Shown: one piece after another, positions 49,417-59,007 of the stretch
Position numbering within the stretch: the first letter of the stretch is position 1
Layout of the letters: every line of letters starts with the position of its first letter
Source of the DNA: Leptonemataceae bacterium
Lineage (GTDB): Bacteria > Spirochaetota > Leptospiria > Leptospirales > Leptonemataceae
Length of the DNA: 64,000 nt
NCBI GenBank assembly: GCA_965227295.1
Contig: OZ245742.1
Coordinates: 1,216,001 to 1,280,000, forward strand
Direction of reading: 5' to 3'
Translations under genes and position numbers: made by a program
Notes under the pieces: generated by a model
Seen by the model: the letters and a program-made list of their open reading frames with translations, nothing else
Database searches by the model: none
What the model was told of the DNA's origin: nothing

Positions 49417-49489
49417 TGCGTAGTATATCATTTTGCACAGGCGGACTTGCCGAGTAAAAAAAGAAAATCAATATGCCATTCCTGTGCAT

Positions 49490-49604
49490 GGGATTGCAAG
49501 GGCGGCGCCGTCAGGCGCAAGTCCAAAGCGCAGCGGAGGACCGAAGGCGAAACCGGAGCCTGGAAAGAAGAAAGCGTGGTCGCCGCGTCAGCGGGGATGC
49601 GCCC
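49490..49604. repeat. hairpin-rich intergenic element (candidate dispersed repeat or ncRNA)
   Basis: GCGCC-GTCA-GGCGC (49505-49518), CCGC-GTCA-GCGG (49583-49594), further short stems; single copy in window. Confidence 0.4.
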
Positions 49605-49723
49605 AAAAACATTCCCAAAAAAGCTCTGTATGGGCTCGAAGATCTGTTCAAGTATTCGGGTCGCAGGGTGCCCATTCGCACGACTACATTTTTCCGCTTT
49701 ACACCACGGCTCTGATTTTCCTG

Positions 49724-49741
49724 TATACCCCCAGGGGTATA
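49724..49741. promoter_or_regulatory. CsoR/RcnR-family-like operator
   Basis: perfect inverted repeat TATACCCC-CA-GGGGTATA, 4 nt before the RND start codon. Confidence 0.65.
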
Positions 49742-49745
49742 AGTT

Positions 49746-52700
49746 ATGACCGATGCTTCGTTGCCGAACGACAACTGGACCGCCCGCCTCGCCGCGATCT
49801 TCGTGCGCAATCGCCGGCTGTCCCTGCTGCTGACCATCGCGCTGTTCGCCTGGGGAATCGGATCGTATCTCGTTACGCCGAAGCAGTACAATCCGCGCAT
49901 CGTGGCGCCGGCCTTTCAAATCTTCGTGGAGTTTCCCGGCGCTTCCCGGAGCGAGGTGCTTGAGCAAGTCGTGAAACCCATGGAGAACGTCGTCGCGGAC
50001 ATTCCCGGTGTCGAGGACGTCTTCACCGTTACCGAGCAGGGCGGCCGCGCCGTGGCCACGATCAACTTCTACGTCGGCGAGGACCTGGACTCGGCAAAGA
50101 TCGCCCTCGACGATCGCGTACGCAGCAATCTCGATCTGTCTCCGCTCGGCCTGAGTCCGCCGTTGATCCAATCCGTGGACCCCGACGATGTGCCGGTTAT
50201 GACCGTTGCGTTGACTTCCCACGAGGTCGATCCCGTGGCGCTCCGTAAGTTCGCCTTTCGTTTGCGTGATCGCCTCACCGGTATTCCCGGCGCGTCGAAC
50301 CTGGAAGTTGTCGGCGGGCGGCGGCGTGAACTGGCGATTCAGATCGATCCCATCAAACTCGCCAACGGCGGCGTGGGTGTGCAGGACATTGAACGCGCAT
50401 TGCAACGAGCGAACGTCTATCTGCCGCTCGGCGAAATCAAAACCGACGAACGTTACATCCCCCTGGAAGGAGATTCATCCGTCCAGCGTCCCGAGGATCT
50501 CGCGAACCTGGCCGTGGTGAGCGGTGACTTCGGGCAACTGACGTTGAGTGATGTGGCCACGATCCATGAGCGCGTCGTCGAAGCGGAGCACCACGTACGC
50601 CATGTTACGGCGCAGAGCCTTACGGACGGCGCAGAACCGCCGCATACGGTTCTGCTCAGCATTGCGAAGACCAAAGACGCCAATATCTCCGACGTTACCG
50701 GCGCCGTGCAGGAGCGACTGAACGAGCTGGATGCTAACTTTACACCACAGAATATTAATACCGCCGTGATCGTCAACGAGGGCCGCGTGGCCCGCGAGGA
50801 GATCGGCGGCCTGGTAACGAACCTGTTCACGGCCGTGGCCATTGTCGTGGTGATCCTGCTCATCTTCCTCGATCGCCGCGCCGCGATTCTCGTGGCCGTT
50901 TCGATTCCGCTCACGCTGGCCTGCGTCTTCGGCGCGGGTTATCTGCTCGGCCACAACATCAATCGCATTACGCTCTTCGCGCTCATTCTGTCCCTCGGGC
51001 TGCTCGTGGACAATGCCACCGTCGTCATCGAAAACATCGTACGGCGATTGCAGGAAGGCGTGCAGGATGCGAAGGCGATCATCATCGACGCGGTGGGTGA
51101 GGTGGGACCGGGCCTGTTCATGTCCACGGTGACGACGGTGCTCGCCTTCTTGCCGATGGCCTTCGTTACGGGGATGATGGGCCCGTACATGGGGCCGATT
51201 CCGTTCTTCGTGCCGGCGGCGCTGGTATTTTCGCTGCTGCTTTCGTTTACGATCAATCCCTACATGGCCTCGGCCTTACTGCAAAGAACCGGAGCCGGGC
51301 CCGCCCGGGAACGCAAACCTACACTGCCTGGATTCTTAGAGCGCCTGTTGCAACTCGGCCCGGCCGCCTTCGAAGCCTACCGCCGTACGTTGCACGACCT
51401 GCTGACGAATCGTCGCCGCCGCACCGTGTGGATGAGCGTCATCGGACTTGCGCTGCTCGCTTCGTTCGTACTGCCCGGCGTGGCCCTTGTGAAGTTTCGC
51501 ATGCTGCCGAAGGCCGATCGCGAACAGTTCTTCCTCTACGTGGACATGCCCGCGGGCACGTCGCTCGAACGCACGTTCACCGCGGCTCAGGCCTTCGAGG
51601 ACTTTCTCTTGAGCGAGCCCGAGGTTCGCATGATCCAGAGTTACGTCGGCCGGCCGCCCATCCTCGATTTCAACGGCCTCTTTCGCGGAGTCAGCGCGCG
51701 CTCGGAAAGCCGGCACGCCACGCTGCGGGTTGGCCTCTCGCATCCGGACGATCGTCCCATGACCTCCGAGGAACTCGTCCTGGAACTGCGGCCGCGCTTA
51801 ATTGCTGCTACGCAGAAGTTTGCGCCCGAAGCGCAGCTGACTTTCGTGGAAGACCCGCCCGGTCCGCCGGTGCTGTCCACGATGCTCGTTCGCCTGCAGG
51901 GTTATGATGATGCCCTGCTGGAACAAACGGCGCTGGATCTGTTGCCCCGGGTCCGCGAGATCGACGGCGTGACCGATCTCGACAGCTCCGTGCCCGAGGA
52001 CACCGAGACGTTGCGCATTGTCGTAAACCAGGAACGGGCGAGCCGCTCGCGCCTGAGTCCGGCGCAAATCGTGGAGACGCTCTCCGCCGCCTACGACGGC
52101 AGCATCCTCGGGATTTATCACAACCCCGCTAACATCGAACAGGAGTACATTACGCTCCGCTACGATCGTCGCTTCCGGGCGGATCCGGCCGTTCTGCAAA
52201 ACGTCTATCTCTACAACGATCTCGGCATTCGTGTGCGCCTGCTGGACCTGGCGCGCGTCGTTCCCGTGGAAACACCGAAGCCGCTGCGGCGCGAAAACCG
52301 AAGCAACACCGTCTACCTGCTCGGCGAAATGGGCGATCGCTCCATTACCTACGCGGCCATCGATCTTTTGTATCTGCTGGTGGATTATGCGCCGGAGATC
52401 AACGGCCGCAGGGGAGAGCTGGAATCCTGGTCGCTCTTCGGTGCGAAGTATCGTTTCCCGGACGGACGGATCGTGGATGTGAGCATCGGCGGCGAGTGGG
52501 AGCTCACGCTGGAGGTCTTTCGCGATCTCGGTATCGCCATGGGCGTCGCCATCTTTCTCGTATACTTCGTACTCACGGCGCAATTCAAGTCGTTCCGCGA
52601 ACCGCTGATCATCATGTCGACGATCCCGCTGTCGCTCATCGGTGTGCTGCCCGGGTTCATGGTGCTGGGCTGGATCACCGGCGAATACTTCACGGCGACG

Positions 52701-53018
52701 TCGATGATCGGCGTCATCGCTCTCGCGGGCATCGCCGTGAACAACTCGATCATTTTGCTTGAATACTTAAATTCACTTAAAGGAAAGCTAAGCCTGGAGG
52801 CGGCCCTGGTTGAGGCGGGCACCACGCGCTTTCGGCCGATTCTGCTCACCACGGTGACGACGATCCTCGGTTCCACCACGATTGCGGGAGATCCCGTATG
52901 GGCCGGCCTGGCCTACGCGATCATCTTCGGCCTGGGAGTATCGTCGCTGTTGACGTTGATCGTATTTCCCGTGCTGTTTTTGATGATTAAGGGGCGGGAC
53001 TGGCCGGCGGTGTCGTGA
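49746..53018 (+). CDS. RND efflux permease (AcrB/CusA family)
   Basis: PGASRSEVLEQVVKPME, LGLLVDNATVVIENI, AQFKSFREP, RFRPILLT. Confidence 0.95.
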   Translation: MTDASLPNDNWTARLAAIFVRNRRLSLLLTIALFAWGIGSYLVTPKQYNPRIVAPAFQIFVEFPGASRSEVLEQVVKPMENVVADIPGVEDVFTVTEQGGRAVATINFYVGEDLDSAKIALDDRVRSNLDLSPLGLSPPLIQSVDPDDVPVMTVALTSHEVDPVALRKFAFRLRDRLTGIPGASNLEVVGGRRRELAIQIDPIKLANGGVGVQDIERALQRANVYLPLGEIKTDERYIPLEGDSSVQRPEDLANLAVVSGDFGQLTLSDVATIHERVVEAEHHVRHVTAQSLTDGAEPPHTVLLSIAKTKDANISDVTGAVQERLNELDANFTPQNINTAVIVNEGRVAREEIGGLVTNLFTAVAIVVVILLIFLDRRAAILVAVSIPLTLACVFGAGYLLGHNINRITLFALILSLGLLVDNATVVIENIVRRLQEGVQDAKAIIIDAVGEVGPGLFMSTVTTVLAFLPMAFVTGMMGPYMGPIPFFVPAALVFSLLLSFTINPYMASALLQRTGAGPARERKPTLPGFLERLLQLGPAAFEAYRRTLHDLLTNRRRRTVWMSVIGLALLASFVLPGVALVKFRMLPKADREQFFLYVDMPAGTSLERTFTAAQAFEDFLLSEPEVRMIQSYVGRPPILDFNGLFRGVSARSESRHATLRVGLSHPDDRPMTSEELVLELRPRLIAATQKFAPEAQLTFVEDPPGPPVLSTMLVRLQGYDDALLEQTALDLLPRVREIDGVTDLDSSVPEDTETLRIVVNQERASRSRLSPAQIVETLSAAYDGSILGIYHNPANIEQEYITLRYDRRFRADPAVLQNVYLYNDLGIRVRLLDLARVVPVETPKPLRRENRSNTVYLLGEMGDRSITYAAIDLLYLLVDYAPEINGRRGELESWSLFGAKYRFPDGRIVDVSIGGEWELTLEVFRDLGIAMGVAIFLVYFVLTAQFKSFREPLIIMSTIPLSLIGVLPGFMVLGWITGEYFTATSMIGVIALAGIAVNNSIILLEYLNSLKGKLSLEAALVEAGTTRFRPILLTTVTTILGSTTIAGDPVWAGLAYAIIFGLGVSSLLTLIVFPVLFLMIKGRDWPAVS

Positions 53019-53598
53019 TGCGTTCAAGTTCGCCGACAACGAACTTTTCCAGTTCCGGAAAAAACCGTTCAAAATCGTCGGCGAAATCGACGTACTGTTC
53101 TTCCAGCACGGCGATGCTCTTGTCCATCTCGGGGTTGAACTTTGACCGCCGGGAAAGTCCCCACAGCGCACGTTCAATTCCGCTGAGCTTTGCGTAGTTG
53201 GCGAGCCAGTCGTTGGCCATCATGAACGGCAGAAAGCCGCGCACTCGTTCCGGCAACAGGCGCCGGTTTTTTCGGAACGTTTTGTACACACGACGCGTGA
53301 ATTGCTTCAACGGTTCGTCGTGATACTCGTCCCAGTTATCGGCGAGGAAGTGGTCGTAGAACACATCGACGATGACCGGGGCATACTTGCCGAAACGCGG
53401 GCGCAGGCGATCTTTGCTTTCGTGCACGATCGCGTGGCTGTCCGTGTAGGCATCGATGGCCCGGTGCAACAGGATGCCGTGCTGCACCCGCTGCGGATAG
53501 TCCGCGAATTTCTTGCCGCGCACCGAGTCCGCAATGAAGTTGCCGATCATCAGCTCATCGTCGTCGCCGGACAGATAGATGTGCGCGAGAAAGTTCAT
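52987..53598 (-). CDS. acpH: acyl carrier protein phosphodiesterase
   Basis: MNFLAHIYLS, GNFIADSVRG, LHRAIDAYTDSH, DVFYDHFLA. Confidence 0.92.
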   Translation of the reverse strand: MNFLAHIYLSGDDDELMIGNFIADSVRGKKFADYPQRVQHGILLHRAIDAYTDSHAIVHESKDRLRPRFGKYAPVIVDVFYDHFLADNWDEYHDEPLKQFTRRVYKTFRKNRRLLPERVRGFLPFMMANDWLANYAKLSGIERALWGLSRRSKFNPEMDKSIAVLEEQYVDFADDFERFFPELEKFVVGELERITTPPASPAP

Positions 53599-53655
53599 GC
53601 GGTGTAGTGTCTAATATAGACGCATCCCGTCCCTCTGCGACCGGAAAAATCGTAC

Positions 53656-54017
53656 ATGCAATCGCAAATAACGCTGCGGCCCATGACGGGCGACGATGCC
53701 GTCGAAACCCTGCGCATCTTCCAATCCTCTATTCGCGAAGTCGCCGCCGCAGACTACGACGCGGATCAGATCGAGACCTGGGCCACGGCCTATGAGGATC
53801 CGGAACTCTGGTGGCGTTCGTTTGCCGGCAGCGCGGCGTGGGTGGCCGCTGATGTTGCGGGAGTCCTCGTCGGTTTCGTGAACTATGCTTTGAACCCCAC
53901 CCCGGACATTCCGGCCGGCCGGGCATACCTGGATCGTCTCTACGTTGCCCCGAAATTCCAGGGCCGCGGAGCCGCCACCGCTCTCGTGCATGCTGCTGCG
54001 GCTCGCTTAATAAAAGA
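53656..54017 (+). pseudogene. GNAT acetyltransferase (YafP-like), apparently 3'-truncated; ORF reads on to 54144
   Basis: DYDADQIETWA, LDRLYVAPKFQGRGAATAL, then frame runs antisense into nitroreductase. Confidence 0.6.
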
Positions 54018-54608
54018 TCATCCAAAGTTACGGCTGTCGCCGAACTTAGACGTAAATACGATCTCATCCAGTTCCCGGCGGGCTCGCGGGGCGACCTCTC
54101 GGGCCTGCAGGTCGTCGGGCAGGATGGACGGGTCGCCGGGATAACCCAGCACACCCATGGCGATGGGCTCGAAGTCATCCGGGATACCCAGGTCCTTGCG
54201 GGCCTTCTCGCGATCATAACCGGCCATCTCGTGGACGAAGATGCCCATGGACACCGCCTGGAGCGAGAGATTGCCCACGGCCAGGCCCACATCGTGGGGC
54301 GCGGAGCCGTTGGGATCCCCGCTGCCCGTAAAGGTCTTTTTGGCGACACTTAAGAAAACAACCGGGGCGTTCTGTGCCCAGTTCTGATTGAACTCGCCCA
54401 GACAATCAAAGAGGCGTCGGTAGTCTTCGGGGTTGTTTTGTTTCGCGGCGACGAGAAAGCGCCAGGGCTGTTCGTTGTAACTGGAGGCGGCCCAGCGCGC
54501 CGCTTCGAAGAGCAGCTTCAGGTCTTCTTCCGGGACGGCGCGATCGGCGTAAGCGCGTGGGCTGCGGCGCTCGCGGATGACTTCAAGGAGACGGGGATCG
54601 ATATTCAT
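54018..54608 (-). CDS. nitroreductase family protein
   Basis: RRSPRAY, AASSYNEQPWRF, HEMAGYD, LGYPGD. Confidence 0.93.
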   Translation of the reverse strand: MNIDPRLLEVIRERRSPRAYADRAVPEEDLKLLFEAARWAASSYNEQPWRFLVAAKQNNPEDYRRLFDCLGEFNQNWAQNAPVVFLSVAKKTFTGSGDPNGSAPHDVGLAVGNLSLQAVSMGIFVHEMAGYDREKARKDLGIPDDFEPIAMGVLGYPGDPSILPDDLQAREVAPRARRELDEIVFTSKFGDSRNFG

Positions 54609-54858
54609 GTGCCTTCAGGTAAGCGGAGGTCATCGCGATACGTCCACTGAATTTCCGGAGCGTCGCCGGAAGCCCGTCGGTCGTGCGGCAAAACATATGA
54701 GGTGAGCCGTTGCGAAGCCGGGGTGAACGGTCCGTGCGGGATTGCGGTGTTCGTAAGCAGCAGACCAGGATTTGGGGGCAGGATCCGGAGGAACGTTGTA
54801 GACGATCGAACTCGTCAGGAAATGATTGATCCTCTTCAAAAAGGACGCGGCGGATACC

Positions 54859-56421
54859 ATGTACAATCGATTGCTACAGCGTTACGAGGGGTTGGACCTG
54901 GTCATCCGGCGCAAGGCCCGGTTCCTGCTATCGATCAATCTCTTTCTTCTCGTGTTGCTTCCGCTCGCCTTCATCGGCACTTCGTTCTACACGGAGTACA
55001 ATCTCATCATGGGTGGCTCGCTGGGCGGCTGTTTCCTGGTCATCGTTGTGACCACGGCCGCGTTGATCCTCGGCGCCTACAACTTCGCGGCCCATGGTGT
55101 CCTCCTCGCCATCTTCGTTGCGCTGTGGACGTTGATCTTTGCGGACGTGAATCGCGATCCCGTCGCCTGGCTCGACACGGTCGCCCTGATTCCCGGCGGC
55201 CTGGCGTTGGTTCCGCTCCTCGCCCTGCGTCGGCCCGCGGTGGTCTTCGGGTACCTGGCCGTGAATCTCGTGGTCCTCGCCGCGTTGTCGCAGCAGGCCG
55301 TGAACGAAAAGGCCATCGACGAACTGCAGCGCGCGGACTTCTTGTCCGACAACGCCCTGGCTTTTATTACGATCTCGGTCGTCGGCTTTTTGATCGCGCG
55401 GCTCAACGAGGGGTTGTTGTTGCATTTGCGCAATCTGCTCGACGAAAGTGATGAGCGCGCCCGGGAACGCGAGCAGGTCATTACGCTCCTGCGCCGGACT
55501 TCGGAGGGTTTGCAGTCCACCGCGCGCAGCCTGGTGGACCAGGTCCGTGTGTTTTCCGACGAAACGAATTCCCAGGCCGCCTCGGTGGAACAATTAACTT
55601 CTGCAATTACGGAGTTAAGCCAGTCCAACGAAAGCATTTCCGATTTGCATCGACGCCAGCAGGTCTCCCTCGCTGAAGCAGACGAGCGCATCGATCAACT
55701 ACAGAAATTGATTAGTCGTGCCGAAGAAGAAATTCGTTCCGTGGACGCCGCCCGCGACGCGTTGCGTAAAGAAACCGAGGCGACCCACCAGGATATGTCT
55801 CAGGCCCAGAAGGAACTGCACGCGGTGTGGGAGAACTTCGGCAACGTCGTGGACGTGGTAAAAATCATTCACGACATTTCCGAGAAGACGAACATGCTCG
55901 CGCTGAACGCTTCCATTGAAGCGGCCCGGGCCGGGGAACACGGCCGTGGTTTTGCCGTGGTCGCGGACGAAGTCTCCAAGCTCGCCGACATGGCGTCTTC
56001 GAATGCCAGAACCATCAGTGATCTTGTCAACCAGAACCGTGACGGATTACATGCTTCCCTGGAACGCCTCGCTGAGTTTCGCAACGCCCTGGAATCCATG
56101 GTGGACGGCGGCGAGCGCCTGGATCGCGCGAACGCCTCGGTCACGAGCTTCCTGCGCGAGGATCTGCAACTCAAACGCGAGCTCGGCGAACGCACGGCGG
56201 AGATCAAAAACGCTTCGGAACAACTGGCGGTGGCCATGCGCGAGTTCGTGCCCGCCTTCCAGGAAATCATGAGCACGGCGGCTTCCATCAACGATGCCAC
56301 GCAACGCATTGCCGAGGGTGCGAACAGTCTTCAGAACGAAGCCGCGAGAGTCCAGCGCACCGGTGACGATCTCAATGAAGTGCTCGGCGATCAGGCGGCC
56401 CAGGGTTCTCTGAGCAGTTAG
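54859..56421 (+). CDS. methyl-accepting chemotaxis protein, multi-TM N-terminus
   Basis: TNMLALNASIEAARAGEHGRGFAVVADEVSKLA. Confidence 0.93.
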   Translation: MYNRLLQRYEGLDLVIRRKARFLLSINLFLLVLLPLAFIGTSFYTEYNLIMGGSLGGCFLVIVVTTAALILGAYNFAAHGVLLAIFVALWTLIFADVNRDPVAWLDTVALIPGGLALVPLLALRRPAVVFGYLAVNLVVLAALSQQAVNEKAIDELQRADFLSDNALAFITISVVGFLIARLNEGLLLHLRNLLDESDERAREREQVITLLRRTSEGLQSTARSLVDQVRVFSDETNSQAASVEQLTSAITELSQSNESISDLHRRQQVSLAEADERIDQLQKLISRAEEEIRSVDAARDALRKETEATHQDMSQAQKELHAVWENFGNVVDVVKIIHDISEKTNMLALNASIEAARAGEHGRGFAVVADEVSKLADMASSNARTISDLVNQNRDGLHASLERLAEFRNALESMVDGGERLDRANASVTSFLREDLQLKRELGERTAEIKNASEQLAVAMREFVPAFQEIMSTAASINDATQRIAEGANSLQNEAARVQRTGDDLNEVLGDQAAQGSLSS

Positions 56422-56500
56422 TGTCCGCTGCGCAGGTCGTTCGAGTAAGATTCGCCTTAAAAATCCTTGCGGGAAAGTCTCGCTTGCTGATAAATACAAC

Positions 56501-57736
56501 ATGCGAAGCACCTTACGCGCGCATACAGTGCTGCTTCTTTTGATTGCCGTTGTGTCCGCCGGTTCGTCGGCCTGCATCGCCCTGCCCGAGCTTCCATTCG
56601 TTCCGTATCAGGAGGAGTCTTGCGCCGCCGGTGACTTCGACTGCGCGCCGGAGATCCTGCTTTCGTACATCTTCTACTATTCCGTCGCCGCCGCGGCTGT
56701 GGATACCACCGAGGTTTGCACGCCGCAGCAGGTCGGCGGCAATCTCCAGGGCTGCGGCGCGCTGAGCATCTCCGGGCGGGCCATTACCTTTGCCGGCGGC
56801 ACCGGCGGTTACATGGACGGCGTCGGCACGGCGGCGCAATTCAACAATCCCCAGGCCCTCGCCACGGATGGAACGTTTCTGTATATTGCCGATCGCCAGA
56901 ACCACCGCATTCGTAAGATCGAACTCTCCACGGTAACGGTGAGCACCGTCGCCGGAGACGGCTCCGCCGCGTTCAACGATGCCACCGGGACGTCCGCACA
57001 GTTTAACTTTCCCACGGGGATGACTACGGACGGCACGAATCTCTACGTCGCCGATCGCATCAACCATCGCATTCGCAAGATCGATATCGCCACGAGCGCC
57101 GTGACGACCCTTGCCGGCAACGGTTCAGCCGGATTCATGGACGGCGTCGGCACCGGGGCGCAGGTTTCGTTTCCCGCCGGCGTAACCACGGACGGGACTT
57201 ATGTTTACGTTGCCGACACGAGCAACAATCGCATCCGCCGAATCGACATCGCGACGCAAACCGTTACGACGATTGCAGGAGATGGAACCGGAGCTTCCGT
57301 GGACGGCACGGGAACCGGGGCGCAGTTCAGTCAGCCGGCGGGCATCGCGATGGACGGCACGAATCTCTACGTCAGCGACCGGACGGGGGACGTGATTCGA
57401 AAGATTGAAATCGCCACAACCGTCGTAACGACGCTCGCCGGGAGCGGCACCGGCGGATACATGGACGGTACCGGCACCGCGGCGCAATTTGATACTCCCG
57501 AGGGTCTCGTGACCGACGGCAGCGCGGTCTACGTTGCCGAAGAAGGGAACAATCGCGTCCGCAGGGTCGATCTGGGGACGGCCGAGGTCACGACTGTGGC
57601 CGGGGACGGGACGAGCGCGGTCACCGACGGCACAGGGAGCGGTGCGCAATTCAGCCAGCCCTACGGAATCACCTCGGACGGCGCGTTCCTTTATGTCTCC
57701 GACGGCTTCGGTGACACCATCCGGCGGTTGGACTGA
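56501..57736 (+). CDS. NHL-repeat lipoprotein
   Basis: lipobox SSAC; six ~56-aa repeats (DG.GT.AQF..P.G..TDG..LYVAD..N.RIR.I). Confidence 0.9.
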   Translation: MRSTLRAHTVLLLLIAVVSAGSSACIALPELPFVPYQEESCAAGDFDCAPEILLSYIFYYSVAAAAVDTTEVCTPQQVGGNLQGCGALSISGRAITFAGGTGGYMDGVGTAAQFNNPQALATDGTFLYIADRQNHRIRKIELSTVTVSTVAGDGSAAFNDATGTSAQFNFPTGMTTDGTNLYVADRINHRIRKIDIATSAVTTLAGNGSAGFMDGVGTGAQVSFPAGVTTDGTYVYVADTSNNRIRRIDIATQTVTTIAGDGTGASVDGTGTGAQFSQPAGIAMDGTNLYVSDRTGDVIRKIEIATTVVTTLAGSGTGGYMDGTGTAAQFDTPEGLVTDGSAVYVAEEGNNRVRRVDLGTAEVTTVAGDGTSAVTDGTGSGAQFSQPYGITSDGAFLYVSDGFGDTIRRLD

Positions 57737-57906
57737 GCGCGATAAGTCGGCGGTTTCGCGGACAAACTGCTAAAAAACGTCTGAATTTCGAAATATAGAC
57801 CTTTGATTGGGCCGAATTCTTAAATCCGGTCGATTATCTAATGCGTTTCGATATAGAATCCTCGCAAATAACAGGCACCGGCAACGGTGCAAAACAGAGG
57901 TTCATA

Positions 57907-58812
57907 ATGATCATGCGATTTGCAACGGTGCTCGTTCTCTCGGGCGCCATCTCATCTTCCATCTGGGCGGGAGGCGGCGGTTCGAAGCCTCTCGAAGGAA
58001 CGCATCCCATTGTACTCTCCCACGGCCTCATGGGCTGGGGTGAAGAATCCAACGGGATCATTTCGATCATCGATTACTGGGGCGGCATGGGCGAGTACCT
58101 GAGTTCTCAAGGAGCTACTGTATACGCTCCGACGAAAGAACCGGGCAGCTCAAACGAAGTCCGTGCTCAGGATCTGGCCGATCGGGTGAACTACTGGATG
58201 GCCGCCAACGGCGTTGAGAAGGTCCACTTTCTGGGACACTCTCAGGGTCCGCTGGATGTGCGCTATGCAGTGGCCAACCTCGGCCTCGCATCGAAGACGG
58301 CTTCGGTTACGTCTCTCAACGGCGTGAACCGCGGCACCGGTCTGGCCGACGGCCTCGCTCCGCTCATCGCCAACGGCGTTGTCAGCGGTGTTCTCGAATT
58401 CTTCGTGAACCTGCTCTACGTCACCGACGAGAGTGATGCCGAGGCGGTCATCCAATCGCTGTCCACCGACGGCATGACCGCGTTCAACTCCTACACCCCG
58501 GATGTCTCCGGAGTCCGCTACTACTCCTACGGATCGGCCCTGAACGGATTCAACCTGATTCAGGCTCCCGTCGGAAGTCTCCTGTGGAGCTTTACCGGCA
58601 ATGAATCCGAAGCCGTTCACGGTTTCGCGAACGACGGTTTCGTTCCTCTGAGTTCCCAGAAATGGGGCGAGTGGAAAGGCGGTCCGGACGATCCTCCCTC
58701 AAGCGGCGTCGACCATCTCATGTGCGCCAACACGCTGTACCTCGGTCAGACCTGGTACGATGTGGAAGGTTACTTCCTGAAGATGGCGAAAAACATGAAG
58801 GCCGGTCAGTAA
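57907..58812 (+). CDS. secreted family I triacylglycerol lipase
   Basis: PIVLSHG, GHSQG, NDGFVP, VDHL. Confidence 0.9.
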   Translation: MIMRFATVLVLSGAISSSIWAGGGGSKPLEGTHPIVLSHGLMGWGEESNGIISIIDYWGGMGEYLSSQGATVYAPTKEPGSSNEVRAQDLADRVNYWMAANGVEKVHFLGHSQGPLDVRYAVANLGLASKTASVTSLNGVNRGTGLADGLAPLIANGVVSGVLEFFVNLLYVTDESDAEAVIQSLSTDGMTAFNSYTPDVSGVRYYSYGSALNGFNLIQAPVGSLLWSFTGNESEAVHGFANDGFVPLSSQKWGEWKGGPDDPPSSGVDHLMCANTLYLGQTWYDVEGYFLKMAKNMKAGQ

Positions 58813-58845
58813 GGATCACAATCAGCAAGCAAATTGAACTCTCCG

Positions 58846-58878
58846 GCGCCGCGTTGCGAAAGCGATGCGGCGCTTTTT
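58846..58878 (+). terminator. intrinsic terminator of lipase gene
   Basis: GCGCCGCGTTGC-GAAA-GCGATGCGGCGC followed by TTTTT. Confidence 0.85.
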
Positions 58879-58973
58879 CATGTACACACTGCCGGGCCTA
58901 AAACTGCACATCGAGGATGGAAATGTCGTCGAGGGCCGCTTCGCTGTTAGATTGATCCGCGTTCGGGTTTCGC

Positions 58974-59001
58974 TTGCCGTCCGGCGGGGCCCTCGTAGAA
59001 T
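58974..59001 (+). promoter_or_regulatory. sigma70-type promoter, probably leaderless transcript
   Basis: TTGCCG-16-TAGAAT, 6 nt before ATG 59008. Confidence 0.55.
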
Positions 59002-59007
59002 CCAGGC

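Noticed and set aside
49433-49963. Small ORFs across the gap before the RND gene (100-176 aa)
   Set aside because: Several overlapping frames with no motifs or RBS; region is better explained as non-coding repeat plus divergent promoters
56790-57730. Nucleotide-level ~168-bp repeats as a separate repeat element or diversity-generating retroelement
   Set aside because: Fully explained by NHL protein repeats; differences are not adenine-specific and no reverse transcriptase is present
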